Below are positions 38,736 to 47,455 of a stretch of 64,000 bases of DNA, one piece after another. The notes under the pieces are model-generated. The model made no database searches. It saw only the letters and a program-made list of their open reading frames with translations, and had not been told where the DNA came from. Made by a program: the position numbers and the translations under genes. The stretch is from NCBI GenBank assembly GCA_947498415.1, contig CANMKB010000007.1:9393-73392 (forward strand), written 5' to 3'. How positions within the stretch are numbered: position 1 is the first letter of the stretch; each line of letters starts with the position of its first letter. The stretch comes from an uncultured Rhodobacteraceae bacterium. Lineage in GTDB: Bacteria; Pseudomonadota; Alphaproteobacteria; Rhodobacterales; Rhodobacteraceae.

Positions 38736-39743
38736 ATGACACTACTCCCTCAGGAGCTGCTGAAAACCACGGCTCCGTCCACTCGTCCGGTTGTTTCCCT
38801 ATGTGAAGGCAGTGATCCCCGCGTTGTCGCGGGGGCGCTCGCCGCTCAATCGGCCGGTCTGGCCAACATCATTCTGGTTGGCGATGCTGACGCTGTCCGC
38901 ACTGAACTTGCAAAGCAAGGTGCGTCTGAAAGCGAAGCTGTTCAGGTCCATGACCCGCTAACGTCCGAACTCACTGCTGAGTTTGCTTCCGAATATTTTG
39001 AGCTTCGCAAACACAAAGGTGTCGACGAAGCAAAGGCGCAAAGCGCTGTTCAAACCCACGTGGTCTATGCCGCGATGCTGGTACGCAAAGGCTATGCAAC
39101 TGGCACTGTAGGCGGTGCCGTACACACCACAGGCGATATTGTGCGTTCCGCGATCCAAGTGATCGGCATGGCACCCGATGCCGCAATGGTATCAAGCTTT
39201 TTCCTGATGTATCCGCCCAAAAGTGCTCCGGAAGGTGCCCGTGCGATGCTGTATTCCGATTGTGGCCTTGTGATCGACCCAAGCCCCAAAGAACTTTCAG
39301 AAATCGCCAAAGCCTCTGCAAAATCTTGCCGCGCTCTTCTTCAGTCCGAACCAAAAATCGCAATGCTCTCGTTTTCAACCAAAGGCAGCGCACGCCATGC
39401 TGCAGTGGATAAGGTGACCGAGGGCCTTGCGCTGCTAAAAGAAACTGCACCAGACCTAGACGCGGACGGCGAGCTGCAATTTGATGCGGCGTTTCTCCCT
39501 TCAGTTGGCAGCCGCAAGGCGCCCGACTCGCAGGTGGCAGGCCATGCCAACGTCATGATTTTTCCAAATCTCGATGCAGGAAACATCGGCTACAAAATCA
39601 CTCAGCGCGTTGGTGGATACGCCGCCATCGGCCCAGTTATGCAAGGGCTTGCCCAACCGGCAAATGACCTGTCGCGCGGATGTTCTGCCGAAGATGTTAC
39701 CGAGATGATCGCTGTTACCGTTCTACAGGCGATCGACAACTAA
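38736..39743 (+). CDS. pta: Phosphate acetyltransferase
   Basis: EGSDPRV, DGELQFDAA, FPNLDAGNIGYK, QGL..PANDLSRGC. Confidence 0.93.
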   Translation: MTLLPQELLKTTAPSTRPVVSLCEGSDPRVVAGALAAQSAGLANIILVGDADAVRTELAKQGASESEAVQVHDPLTSELTAEFASEYFELRKHKGVDEAKAQSAVQTHVVYAAMLVRKGYATGTVGGAVHTTGDIVRSAIQVIGMAPDAAMVSSFFLMYPPKSAPEGARAMLYSDCGLVIDPSPKELSEIAKASAKSCRALLQSEPKIAMLSFSTKGSARHAAVDKVTEGLALLKETAPDLDADGELQFDAAFLPSVGSRKAPDSQVAGHANVMIFPNLDAGNIGYKITQRVGGYAAIGPVMQGLAQPANDLSRGCSAEDVTEMIAVTVLQAIDN

Positions 39744-39804
39744 CCATTCGCATTTTCTGGAAAACAACAACGATAGAATTCGATATAAGGACCCCATCCT
39801 CGCA

Positions 39805-40836
39805 ATGAACGCCTCCACCTCCTCAAGCTCCCAGCTCGTTGCCAGGATGAATGAGCAGACACGCATCCTATTCCCGGGTGTGATCGTCGCCATTATGGTC
39901 GCCGTTGCGGCCAAATTTTTGTCCGAACACTATGCGACCCCGGCGATGCTATTGGCATTATTGCTTGGCATCGCAGTGAGTTTTCTGTCCGAAGAAGGCA
40001 AAGCCGTTGCAGGTATCGGTTTTTCTGCTCGCACGCTGCTTCGATTGGGCGTAGCGCTTCTTGGGGTTCGCATTTCAATTGATCTGATGGCTGGCCTTGG
40101 TCTGGAGTTGATCTTACTTGTCATCGCAGGTGTGTTAACCACCATTGCCTTTGGGTTCACTTTTGGCCGCCTCTTTGGACACAAATGGCGGTTTTCTTTT
40201 CTAACTGCCGGTTCCGTTGCAATCTGTGGGGCGTCTGCTGCCATGGCCATCATTGCGATCTTACCGAAAGACGATCGCTCTGAAGAGCGTTTGATCTTTA
40301 CAGTTATGGGTGTCACGGTTCTATCAACCATTGCCATGATCGCCTATCCGGTGCTCGTAAACTGGCTTGAGCTGACCGAGCTTCAGGGCGGGGTCTTCCT
40401 CGGCGGCACCATTCACGATGTGGCCCAGGTGGTTGGCGCGGGTTTCTCCATTTCGGAATTCACAGGAGACACCGCAACCTTGGTCAAACTGATCCGCGTT
40501 GCGATGTTGGCTCCAATCGTGCTGGTTGCTTCACTTCTAATCCGCAATTACGCCGAATTGCCCGCGGACGGTAAGCGCCCACCAATCCTTCCGATGTTTG
40601 TGGTTGGCTTTTTGGTGCTCGCGGCGCTGAATTCATTTCACCTTATTCCAGCCTTCGTCGCCGACTTTCTAAGTGATGCTTCACGCTGGCTCTTGCTGAT
40701 CGCGATTGCTGCGGTGGGCATGAAAACGAACCTTAAACAAATCCTCTCAGTCGGAGGTACGGCTATCGCACTGATCGTTCTTGAAACGATCTTTATCGCT
40801 GCATTCATCCTCGCGGGGATCAAACTGCTGACATAA
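39805..40836 (+). CDS. tauZ: YeiH/UPF0324 putative sulfate/sulfite exporter (TauZ-like)
   Basis: Multi-TM protein with AICGASA, GGTIHDVAQVV, KLIRV. Start at 39805 or 39847. Confidence 0.78.
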   Translation: MNASTSSSSQLVARMNEQTRILFPGVIVAIMVAVAAKFLSEHYATPAMLLALLLGIAVSFLSEEGKAVAGIGFSARTLLRLGVALLGVRISIDLMAGLGLELILLVIAGVLTTIAFGFTFGRLFGHKWRFSFLTAGSVAICGASAAMAIIAILPKDDRSEERLIFTVMGVTVLSTIAMIAYPVLVNWLELTELQGGVFLGGTIHDVAQVVGAGFSISEFTGDTATLVKLIRVAMLAPIVLVASLLIRNYAELPADGKRPPILPMFVVGFLVLAALNSFHLIPAFVADFLSDASRWLLLIAIAAVGMKTNLKQILSVGGTAIALIVLETIFIAAFILAGIKLLT

Positions 40837-40861
40837 CGCCAAACATAAACAGGGAAGCCAG

Positions 40862-43678
40862 ATGACATTCCAGCAACCTAAGATCGACACCTCTCCGCAG
40901 GTTTCGGACGAGATACGCAAGACGACCTGTTACATGTGTGCCTGCCGCTGCGGCATCAACGTGCACATGAAAGACGGCAAAGTTGCCTATATCGAGGGCA
41001 ACCGGGATCATCCCGTGAACCAGGGTGTTTTGTGCGCCAAAGGCTCTGCGGGGATCATGCAGGTGAATGCGCCGTCGCGGCTGAAAGCGCCGATGAAACG
41101 GGTTGGCCCACGGGGGTCTGGCGAATTTGAGGAAATCAGCTGGGATGAGGCGCTGGACATCGCGGTGTCACGCCTGCAACCTCTTCGCGAAAACAATCCT
41201 GAGAAACTGGCGTTTTTCACAGGGCGTGACCAATCCCAATCCTTCACTGGCTTTTGGGCGCAGAATTTTGGGACGCCAAATTTTGCGGCCCATGGCGGTT
41301 TCTGTTCGGTCAATATGGCGGCGGGCGGCATCTATACGATGGGCGGCGCCTTTTGGGAATTTGGCCAACCCGACTGGGATCGCACAAAGCTCTTCATGCT
41401 GTTTGGCGTCGCTGAAGACCACGACAGTAACCCCATCAAAATGGGCATCGGCAAGATCAAAGGCCGTGGCGGCAAAGTCATCGGCGTGAACCCTGTGCGC
41501 TCTGGCTATAATGCGGTGGCCGACGAATGGGTGGGCATCACCCCTGGCACCGATGGGTTGTTTATCTTGTCGCTGGCGCATGAGCTGATGAAGGCAGGTA
41601 AGATTGATCTGGAGTATCTGGCGCAGTTTACCAATGCACCGGGTTTGATTGATCCAGAAACCGGGCTGCTGCTGCGGAATGATGATGACAAAGTCATGGT
41701 GGTTGACAGCGTGACTGGCAAACTGACCCCATTTGACCAAAAAGATGTGAGACCAAACCTTGGGGCGACCTATGAGGCGGATGGCAAGACCTACACCACC
41801 GTGATGGCCAAGATGGCCGAGAAATACCTCGACCCTCAGTATGCCCCGGAAAACGTCGCAGCAAAAACGGGTGTCTCTGCACAAAAGATCAAAACCATTG
41901 CCTCTGATCTGGCTCGAGTGGCCTTTGAAGAAAGCTTTGAGCTGGATCAAGAATGGACAGACTTCCGCGGAGTGACCCACACCAAGATGGTGGGCCGCCC
42001 TGTTGCGATGCACGCAATGCGTGGCATCTCGGCGCATTCCAACGGCTTCCAGACCTGCCGCGCATTGCATGTTTTGCAAATTCTGCTGGGTACTGTCGAA
42101 GTGCCAGGAGGCTTCCGCTTTAAACCCCCGTATCCAAAGCCGATTGAGCAACACCCAAAGCCCCACGGCAAGGTGACCTGCAACTCTCCTTTGGATGGCC
42201 CGCATCTGGGTTTTACACGCGGTCCCGAAGATCTGATGCTGAACGAAGATGGATCCCCCATCCGCATCGACAAGGCCTTTACATGGGAAAACCCAATGTC
42301 CAGCCACGGGTTGATGCATATGGTGATCTCAAACGCACATGCTGGTGATCCCTATAAGATCGACACGCTGTTTATGTATATGGCGAATATGTCGTGGAAC
42401 TCTTCGATGAACACCCGCGGCGTGATCGAGATGCTGACCGACAAGGATGAAGACGGGAACTATGTGATCCCCAACATCATCTACTCAGATGCTTACAGCT
42501 CTGAGATGGTGGCCTATGCTGACCTGATCTTGCCAGACACCACTTATCTGGAACGTCACGACTGTATCTCATTACTGGATCGCCCGATCTGTGAGGCGGA
42601 TGCGGCGGCCGATGCGATCCGTTGGCCTGTGGTCGAGCCTGATCGTGATGTCCGGGGCTTTCAGTCGACACTGATCCATCTGGCCAATCGCTTGGGCATA
42701 CAGGGCTTTGTCAACGAAGACGGATCTGCCAAATGGCAAGACTACGCGGACTATATCGTCAACCACGAACGCAAGCCGGGCATTGGGCCATTGGCGGGCT
42801 TCCGGGGTAAAGACGGTGACAAGGTTGGCCGTGGCGAAGTGAACCCGGATCAGCTGGAACGCTACATCGAGAATGGCGGCTTTTACGTTGAACACATTCC
42901 TGAGGGGGCGAACTATTACAAACCGTGGAACAGCGCCTATCAGGATTGGGCCGTAGGCATGGGCATTTATGATGCGCCGTCCCCCTACCTGTTCCAGCTC
43001 TATTCTGAGCCAATGCGTAAATTCCAACGCGCAGCTGAGGGCCATGGCGACCGCCAGCCGCCAGAGAACCTGCGTGAACGTGTCAAACACATCATGGATC
43101 CTCTACCATTCTGGTATGAGCCGTTTGAAGACAAGGCGGTTGATCTAGAGGAATACCCCATCCACGCGCTCACCCAACGCCCGATGGCGATGTATCACTC
43201 TTGGGGCACGCAAAACGCCTGGTTGCGCCAGCTGCATGGCACCAACCCATTGTATCTACCCACCAAGCTTTGGAACGAACATGGCTTTCAAGAAGGCGAT
43301 TGGGCCAAGGTCACCTCGACCCACGGCACCATCACGGTCCCCGTGGCTTTGCAAGAAGCGCTGAACGAAAACACCGTCTGGACATGGAACGCGATTGGCA
43401 AACGCAAAGGCGCTTGGGCCTTGGATGAAAACGCGCCGGAAACCAAACAAGGCTTCCTGCTCAATCACCTCATCCATGAGCTGCTGCCTGCCAAAGGTGA
43501 TGGTCTGCGGGTGGCCAACTCTGACCCAATCACTGGTCAGGCGGCGTGGTTTGATCTTCGCGTAAAAATCGAAAAGACTGATGCGCCATCAGATCAGCAG
43601 GCACAGCCAGCCTTCCCAGAGATCAAATCTCCAATCGGCCAAGGCCCTGACACACTGGAATGGAAGGTGGGCAAATGA
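40862..43678 (+). CDS. soeA: Molybdopterin oxidoreductase, sulfite-oxidizing SoeA-like catalytic subunit
   Basis: TTCYMCACRC..LCAKG Fe-S motif, no Tat leader, ADLILPDTTYLE, YHSWG; follows xsc-pta. Confidence 0.85.
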   Translation: MTFQQPKIDTSPQVSDEIRKTTCYMCACRCGINVHMKDGKVAYIEGNRDHPVNQGVLCAKGSAGIMQVNAPSRLKAPMKRVGPRGSGEFEEISWDEALDIAVSRLQPLRENNPEKLAFFTGRDQSQSFTGFWAQNFGTPNFAAHGGFCSVNMAAGGIYTMGGAFWEFGQPDWDRTKLFMLFGVAEDHDSNPIKMGIGKIKGRGGKVIGVNPVRSGYNAVADEWVGITPGTDGLFILSLAHELMKAGKIDLEYLAQFTNAPGLIDPETGLLLRNDDDKVMVVDSVTGKLTPFDQKDVRPNLGATYEADGKTYTTVMAKMAEKYLDPQYAPENVAAKTGVSAQKIKTIASDLARVAFEESFELDQEWTDFRGVTHTKMVGRPVAMHAMRGISAHSNGFQTCRALHVLQILLGTVEVPGGFRFKPPYPKPIEQHPKPHGKVTCNSPLDGPHLGFTRGPEDLMLNEDGSPIRIDKAFTWENPMSSHGLMHMVISNAHAGDPYKIDTLFMYMANMSWNSSMNTRGVIEMLTDKDEDGNYVIPNIIYSDAYSSEMVAYADLILPDTTYLERHDCISLLDRPICEADAAADAIRWPVVEPDRDVRGFQSTLIHLANRLGIQGFVNEDGSAKWQDYADYIVNHERKPGIGPLAGFRGKDGDKVGRGEVNPDQLERYIENGGFYVEHIPEGANYYKPWNSAYQDWAVGMGIYDAPSPYLFQLYSEPMRKFQRAAEGHGDRQPPENLRERVKHIMDPLPFWYEPFEDKAVDLEEYPIHALTQRPMAMYHSWGTQNAWLRQLHGTNPLYLPTKLWNEHGFQEGDWAKVTSTHGTITVPVALQEALNENTVWTWNAIGKRKGAWALDENAPETKQGFLLNHLIHELLPAKGDGLRVANSDPITGQAAWFDLRVKIEKTDAPSDQQAQPAFPEIKSPIGQGPDTLEWKVGK

Positions 43679-43692
43679 TCACCACCCTTTCC

Positions 43693-43737
43693 CTTCATCT
43701 TTCCCAAAATACTCTGGGGTCTGGGGCAAAGCCCCAG
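43693..43737 (+). repeat. Rhodobacterales REP-like intergenic element
   Basis: CTTCATCTTTCCCAAAATACTCTGGGGT followed by hairpin CTGGGGC-AAA-GCCCCAG, the shape I recall for a dispersed Rhodobacterales repeat. Single copy in this window. Confidence 0.55.
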
Positions 43738-43784
43738 CACGTTCAACAGCCCAGCCACCTCTTCACACATGGAGTTCGCCAACA

Positions 43785-44564
43785 ATGACTGACCTCCCAA
43801 CCAGCACCGAGAAAAAGCTCGGCCTTGTCATCGATCTGGACACCTGCGTGGGCTGCCATGCCTGTGTGATCTCCTGCAAAGGCTGGAACACGGAAAACTA
43901 CGGCGCCCCTTTGTCTGATCAACGCCCCTATGGCGAAGAACCAATGGGGACCTTTCTGAACCGCGTGCACAGCTATGAAGTGAAGGCCGAAGGCCAAGTC
44001 GCGCAGACCGTTCACTTCCCTAAGTCCTGCCTGCACTGCGAGAACGCACCATGCGTAACCGTTTGCCCAACCGGCGCGAGCTACAAGCGTCAGGAAGACG
44101 GCATTGTGCTTGTGAATGAGAGTTCCTGCATCGGCTGTGGCCTGTGTGCATGGGCTTGCCCCTATGGTGCCCGCGAGCTGGATCAGGCCGAAGGTGTGAT
44201 GAAGAAATGCACCCTCTGTGTGGACCGGATCTACAACGAAAACCTGCCCGAAGTGGACCGAGAGCCGGCCTGTGTTCGGACCTGTCCCGCGGGCGCCCGC
44301 CACTTTGGCGACTTCGCAGATCCCGAAAGCCACGTCTCTAAGTTGACTGCCGAGCGGGGCGGGATGGATTTGATGCCAGAATTGGGTACGGCTCCGGTGA
44401 ACAAATATTTGCCACCGCGCGTGAAAGACAGCTGGGACGACGAAAGCGTGCTCGCCCCTTTCCTAGAGCCCGTCGCCCAAGAACCCAAAGGCTTTATGAG
44501 CTGGCTTGATAAACAATTGTCCCGTCTTCCGGGTGACGTCAAAGAGATGGAAGGGGCAGAGTAA
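43785..44564 (+). CDS. soeB: 4Fe-4S dicluster subunit SoeB-like
   Basis: CVGCHAC, CLHC..APC..VCP, CIGCGLCAWACP, KCTLC..PAC..TCP. Start trimmed to ATG 43785. Confidence 0.87.
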   Translation: MTDLPTSTEKKLGLVIDLDTCVGCHACVISCKGWNTENYGAPLSDQRPYGEEPMGTFLNRVHSYEVKAEGQVAQTVHFPKSCLHCENAPCVTVCPTGASYKRQEDGIVLVNESSCIGCGLCAWACPYGARELDQAEGVMKKCTLCVDRIYNENLPEVDREPACVRTCPAGARHFGDFADPESHVSKLTAERGGMDLMPELGTAPVNKYLPPRVKDSWDDESVLAPFLEPVAQEPKGFMSWLDKQLSRLPGDVKEMEGAE

Positions 44565-45439
44565 TGCATCCAGCAGCATCCGTTATTGTCTTTACCACGC
44601 TTTCCGGTGCCGGTTTAGGCATGCTTGCGTGGCTCGGCTTTGATAGCACCCCTTCCACCGGTTGGGGCGCATTTGGCTACTACTTCATCGCCTTTGCTCT
44701 GGCAGTGGGTGGTCTGATCTCATCGACCTTCCACCTCGGCCACCCAGAACGCGCCATGAAAGCCTTCACCCAGTGGCGCACAAGCTGGCTGTCCCGCGAA
44801 GGTGTTTGCGCTGTATTGGCCCTATCGATCATGGGCCTCTACGCAGCGGGGCTGATCTTCCTCGGCGAAGCCTATGCCATCCTTGGCTGGATCGGCGCGA
44901 TTCTCAGCCTTGGCACGGTCTACACCACATCCATGATCTACGGCCAACTGGCGACAATCCCACGTTGGAACACGCCGTTCACATCCCTGCTTTACCTGAC
45001 CTTTGCGATCGCGGGCGGCGCTTTGCTGACCGGCAAGGTCACAATCGCGCTGGTCCTACTGGTTGCCGCAGCCTTCGTGCAGGTGATCTGGTGGAAAAAG
45101 GGCGACACTGCCTTTGCAGATCGGGGCTCAAACCTGGGCACCGCCACTGGGCTTGGGGATCGCGGCGCAGTCCGCTCTCTAGCGCATCCACACACCTCCC
45201 CGAACTACCTGATGCGTGAGTTCATTCACATCGTGGGCCGCAAACACGCGCAAAAGCTGCGCGTAATCTCGCTGGTTCTGATGGCCGGTGTTCCTGTGGT
45301 GCTGTTGGCGCTCTTCCCGGTCAGCCACTTTATCGCGTTGCTGGCAGTTCTAAGCCACCTCGCAGGTGTCGCGACATCCCGATGGCTCTTCTTCGCAGAA
45401 GCAGAGCACACCGTCGGCATCTACTACGGTATGCGGTAG
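44564..45439 (+). CDS. soeC: DmsC-family membrane anchor SoeC-like
   Basis: MHPAASVIVFTT, STFHLGHPERA, SWLSREG, SRWLFFAEAEH. Confidence 0.85.
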   Translation: MHPAASVIVFTTLSGAGLGMLAWLGFDSTPSTGWGAFGYYFIAFALAVGGLISSTFHLGHPERAMKAFTQWRTSWLSREGVCAVLALSIMGLYAAGLIFLGEAYAILGWIGAILSLGTVYTTSMIYGQLATIPRWNTPFTSLLYLTFAIAGGALLTGKVTIALVLLVAAAFVQVIWWKKGDTAFADRGSNLGTATGLGDRGAVRSLAHPHTSPNYLMREFIHIVGRKHAQKLRVISLVLMAGVPVVLLALFPVSHFIALLAVLSHLAGVATSRWLFFAEAEHTVGIYYGMR

Positions 45440-45463
45440 GCGTCAGATAAAACGTTAAACAAG

Positions 45464-45490
45464 AAACGGGCTTTAGGGCCCGTTTTTTGT
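45464..45490 (+). terminator. Terminator after soeC
   Basis: AAACGGGC/GCCCGTTT stem plus T-run. Confidence 0.75.
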
Positions 45491-45529
45491 TCTTAATACG
45501 GAACCGAGTTAACGGCATAGGTACCAACC

Positions 45530-45566
45530 AAAAAACGGGCGCTCAGTTTCCCGAGAAGCCCGTTTT
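45530..45566 (-). terminator. Minus-strand terminator downstream of the 35-aa ORF
   Basis: AAAACGGGC..CTC/GAG..GCCCGTTTT stem; the A6 at 45530-45535 gives a U-tract on the minus strand. Confidence 0.7.
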
Positions 45567-45589
45567 GCAGCAAGAATGTGAACCTTCGC

Positions 45590-45697
45590 TTATGCGGAAG
45601 GGTTCATGTAATCCATCCAGTGAGGAACAGTCTGCGTGTTTTTCGCAGCTTTTACGCTGGATTTCAGGCTTGCGAACAGTGCTTTAACATATGCCAT
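45590..45697 (-). CDS. Small ORF, 35 aa (MAYVKALFASLKSSVKAAKNTQTVPHWMDYMNPSA), unknown function
   Basis: ATG preceded by AAAGGTAAG; uses TTC/AAC/TAC/CAC codons; has its own terminator. Below the ORF-track length cutoff. Confidence 0.55.
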   Translation of the reverse strand: MAYVKALFASLKSSVKAAKNTQTVPHWMDYMNPSA

Positions 45698-45726
45698 GGG
45701 TCTTACCTTTGGTCGAACATTTATGT

Positions 45727-45742
45727 GTTAACCGGATTCTAA
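45727..45742 (-). promoter_or_regulatory. CtrA-like site upstream of the small ORF
   Basis: Minus strand TTAG-N7-TTAAC, one mismatch to TTAA-N7-TTAAC. Confidence 0.4.
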
Positions 45743-45822
45743 GTCAGACCTGCGAGTCGCAGTAGATATTGAATCCACAACGCCGTCATGCACTGAGCGC
45801 AACACTCAAACCATGCGTCAGA

Positions 45823-46464
45823 TTAGCCTTTTCCCCGTCCCAGCCAACGCTGCAGATGACCACGACGTTCGGCGAGGCTATCACCGGCATCTGCAATACT
45901 ATCACCGACTTCATCCAAGACCGGATCAATGCGCATTTCGCGAAAACGCACCCACCGCACGCGAATGCCCCAGAAAATGCCAAACAAGATGACAAAGATA
46001 GAGATGTTCCACCAAGGGAAGAACGATGCATCTGGGGCATCAACGGGCTTGATAGAAACAGCATTTGGGAAGATCGACAGGAATTCGTTGCGCCAACCGT
46101 AGTGTCGAATGGCCACCCACTCTGGCGCGGCTTTTGTCGAAACGGCATCATTGGCTTCTGTGTACAAGTTGGCGGTATCAAACTTGAAATACGGCGGCCA
46201 GCTCCAGCCTGTGTCTTCGTTACGATAGACGATGGCGTCGCCATTCGGGCGCACGGCTTGAATGAACTGAACATCACGATTGGTCAGGCTTGCCGATTGG
46301 CTATCTGGCGAAGACCAGAACACGCGTGTCCAATCATTCAGCTCTTGGCGTTCTTCATAGGTGTTCACAATGCGCACCACATCGTGCTGTGCAAGTGTGT
46401 AGTGCAAAAAGCCTGCCACTAAGAACAAAACTGCCAAGCGGAAAACCCATTTAATATATGCCAT
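45823..46464 (-). CDS. DUF1523 family membrane-anchored protein
   Basis: FLHYTL..HDVVRI, VYRNEDTGW.WPPYFKFD, HYGWR..FLSIFPNA. Confidence 0.85.
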   Translation of the reverse strand: MAYIKWVFRLAVLFLVAGFLHYTLAQHDVVRIVNTYEERQELNDWTRVFWSSPDSQSASLTNRDVQFIQAVRPNGDAIVYRNEDTGWSWPPYFKFDTANLYTEANDAVSTKAAPEWVAIRHYGWRNEFLSIFPNAVSIKPVDAPDASFFPWWNISIFVILFGIFWGIRVRWVRFREMRIDPVLDEVGDSIADAGDSLAERRGHLQRWLGRGKG

Positions 46465-46595
46465 GTTTCAATCCTCTAGCTTCAATTTCACATAGGGGAT
46501 GTCTGGACACTTCTCAACCATAAGCGCCCAGTTGCTGGCCGGGGTTGCCTCTATCGCGATCAAACGCCATATGAAGCCCGCAACAGGAGGCCCAT

Positions 46596-47378
46596 ATGAC
46601 ACAACGCGCACGAATAGCTGCCTTAGTGGACAGCGCGAAATTTCAAAATGCGATTTTGATCGTCATTATTTTCAATGCAATGTTATTGGGCCTTGAAACG
46701 TCAGATACCGCTATGGCCTCGGGTGGCAAACTGATTACACTGCTCGACGACCTGTGCTTGGCCATTTTTGTTTTCGAATTGCTGCTGAAGTTCTACGCCC
46801 GTCGGCTAGCCTTCTTTTCTAACGGCTGGGCAATCTTTGATTTGATCATTGTGGGCGTTGCCTTGGTCCCGGGTTCTTCCAGCTTCTCTGTACTACGCGC
46901 CCTACGCATTCTACGTGTATTGCGCCTGATTTCCGTTGCCCCGCGTCTGCGACGAGTGGTTGAGGGTTTCATCACCGCCCTGCCCGGCATGGCCTCTGTC
47001 TTTCTGTTGATGACACTAATTTTCTATATTGCTTCGGTCATGGCGACAAAACTATTCGGTGATACCTTTCCGCAATGGTTCGGAGACCTAGGCACATCCG
47101 CCTATAGCCTGTTTCAAATCATGACCTTGGAAAGTTGGTCGATGGGGATCGTGCGACCCATTATGGAGGTACACCAATACGCCTGGGCCTTCTTTGTGCC
47201 ATTCATCATGGTCACAACCTTTGCCGTCGTGAACTTGCTGGTCGGTCTTATTGTAAACTCAATGCAAGACGCGCATCACGAAGAGGATAACGCAAAGACC
47301 GACACCTATCGCGACGAAGTTCTGGCGCGGCTAGAGGCGATTGAGGCCAAGTTGTCTGATCGCAAAGACGCAGCGTGA
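46596..47378 (+). CDS. Bacterial voltage-gated sodium channel (BacNav)
   Basis: Six TM segments, S4 RALRILRVLRL, filter TLESWSM, C-terminal neck/coiled coil. Confidence 0.9.
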   Translation: MTQRARIAALVDSAKFQNAILIVIIFNAMLLGLETSDTAMASGGKLITLLDDLCLAIFVFELLLKFYARRLAFFSNGWAIFDLIIVGVALVPGSSSFSVLRALRILRVLRLISVAPRLRRVVEGFITALPGMASVFLLMTLIFYIASVMATKLFGDTFPQWFGDLGTSAYSLFQIMTLESWSMGIVRPIMEVHQYAWAFFVPFIMVTTFAVVNLLVGLIVNSMQDAHHEEDNAKTDTYRDEVLARLEAIEAKLSDRKDAA

Positions 47379-47455
47379 CCACGAGCAGTTTTAAGTCTCG
47401 GATATCTTGCCAGTTTGGGTTGACCCGCTAAGCTTCTGATTAAACGGAGAACGCA

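Noticed and set aside
43581-43784. Long N-terminal extension of SoeB
   Set aside because: It overlaps the soeA 3' end and the REP-like element; the SD-supported ATG is at 43785.
40862-45439. Impression of higher GC in soeABC suggesting horizontal acquisition
   Set aside because: Two 60-nt spot counts gave 63% and 50%, which is inconclusive; it needs a sliding-window GC3 computation, and the synteny with xsc-pta is typical.
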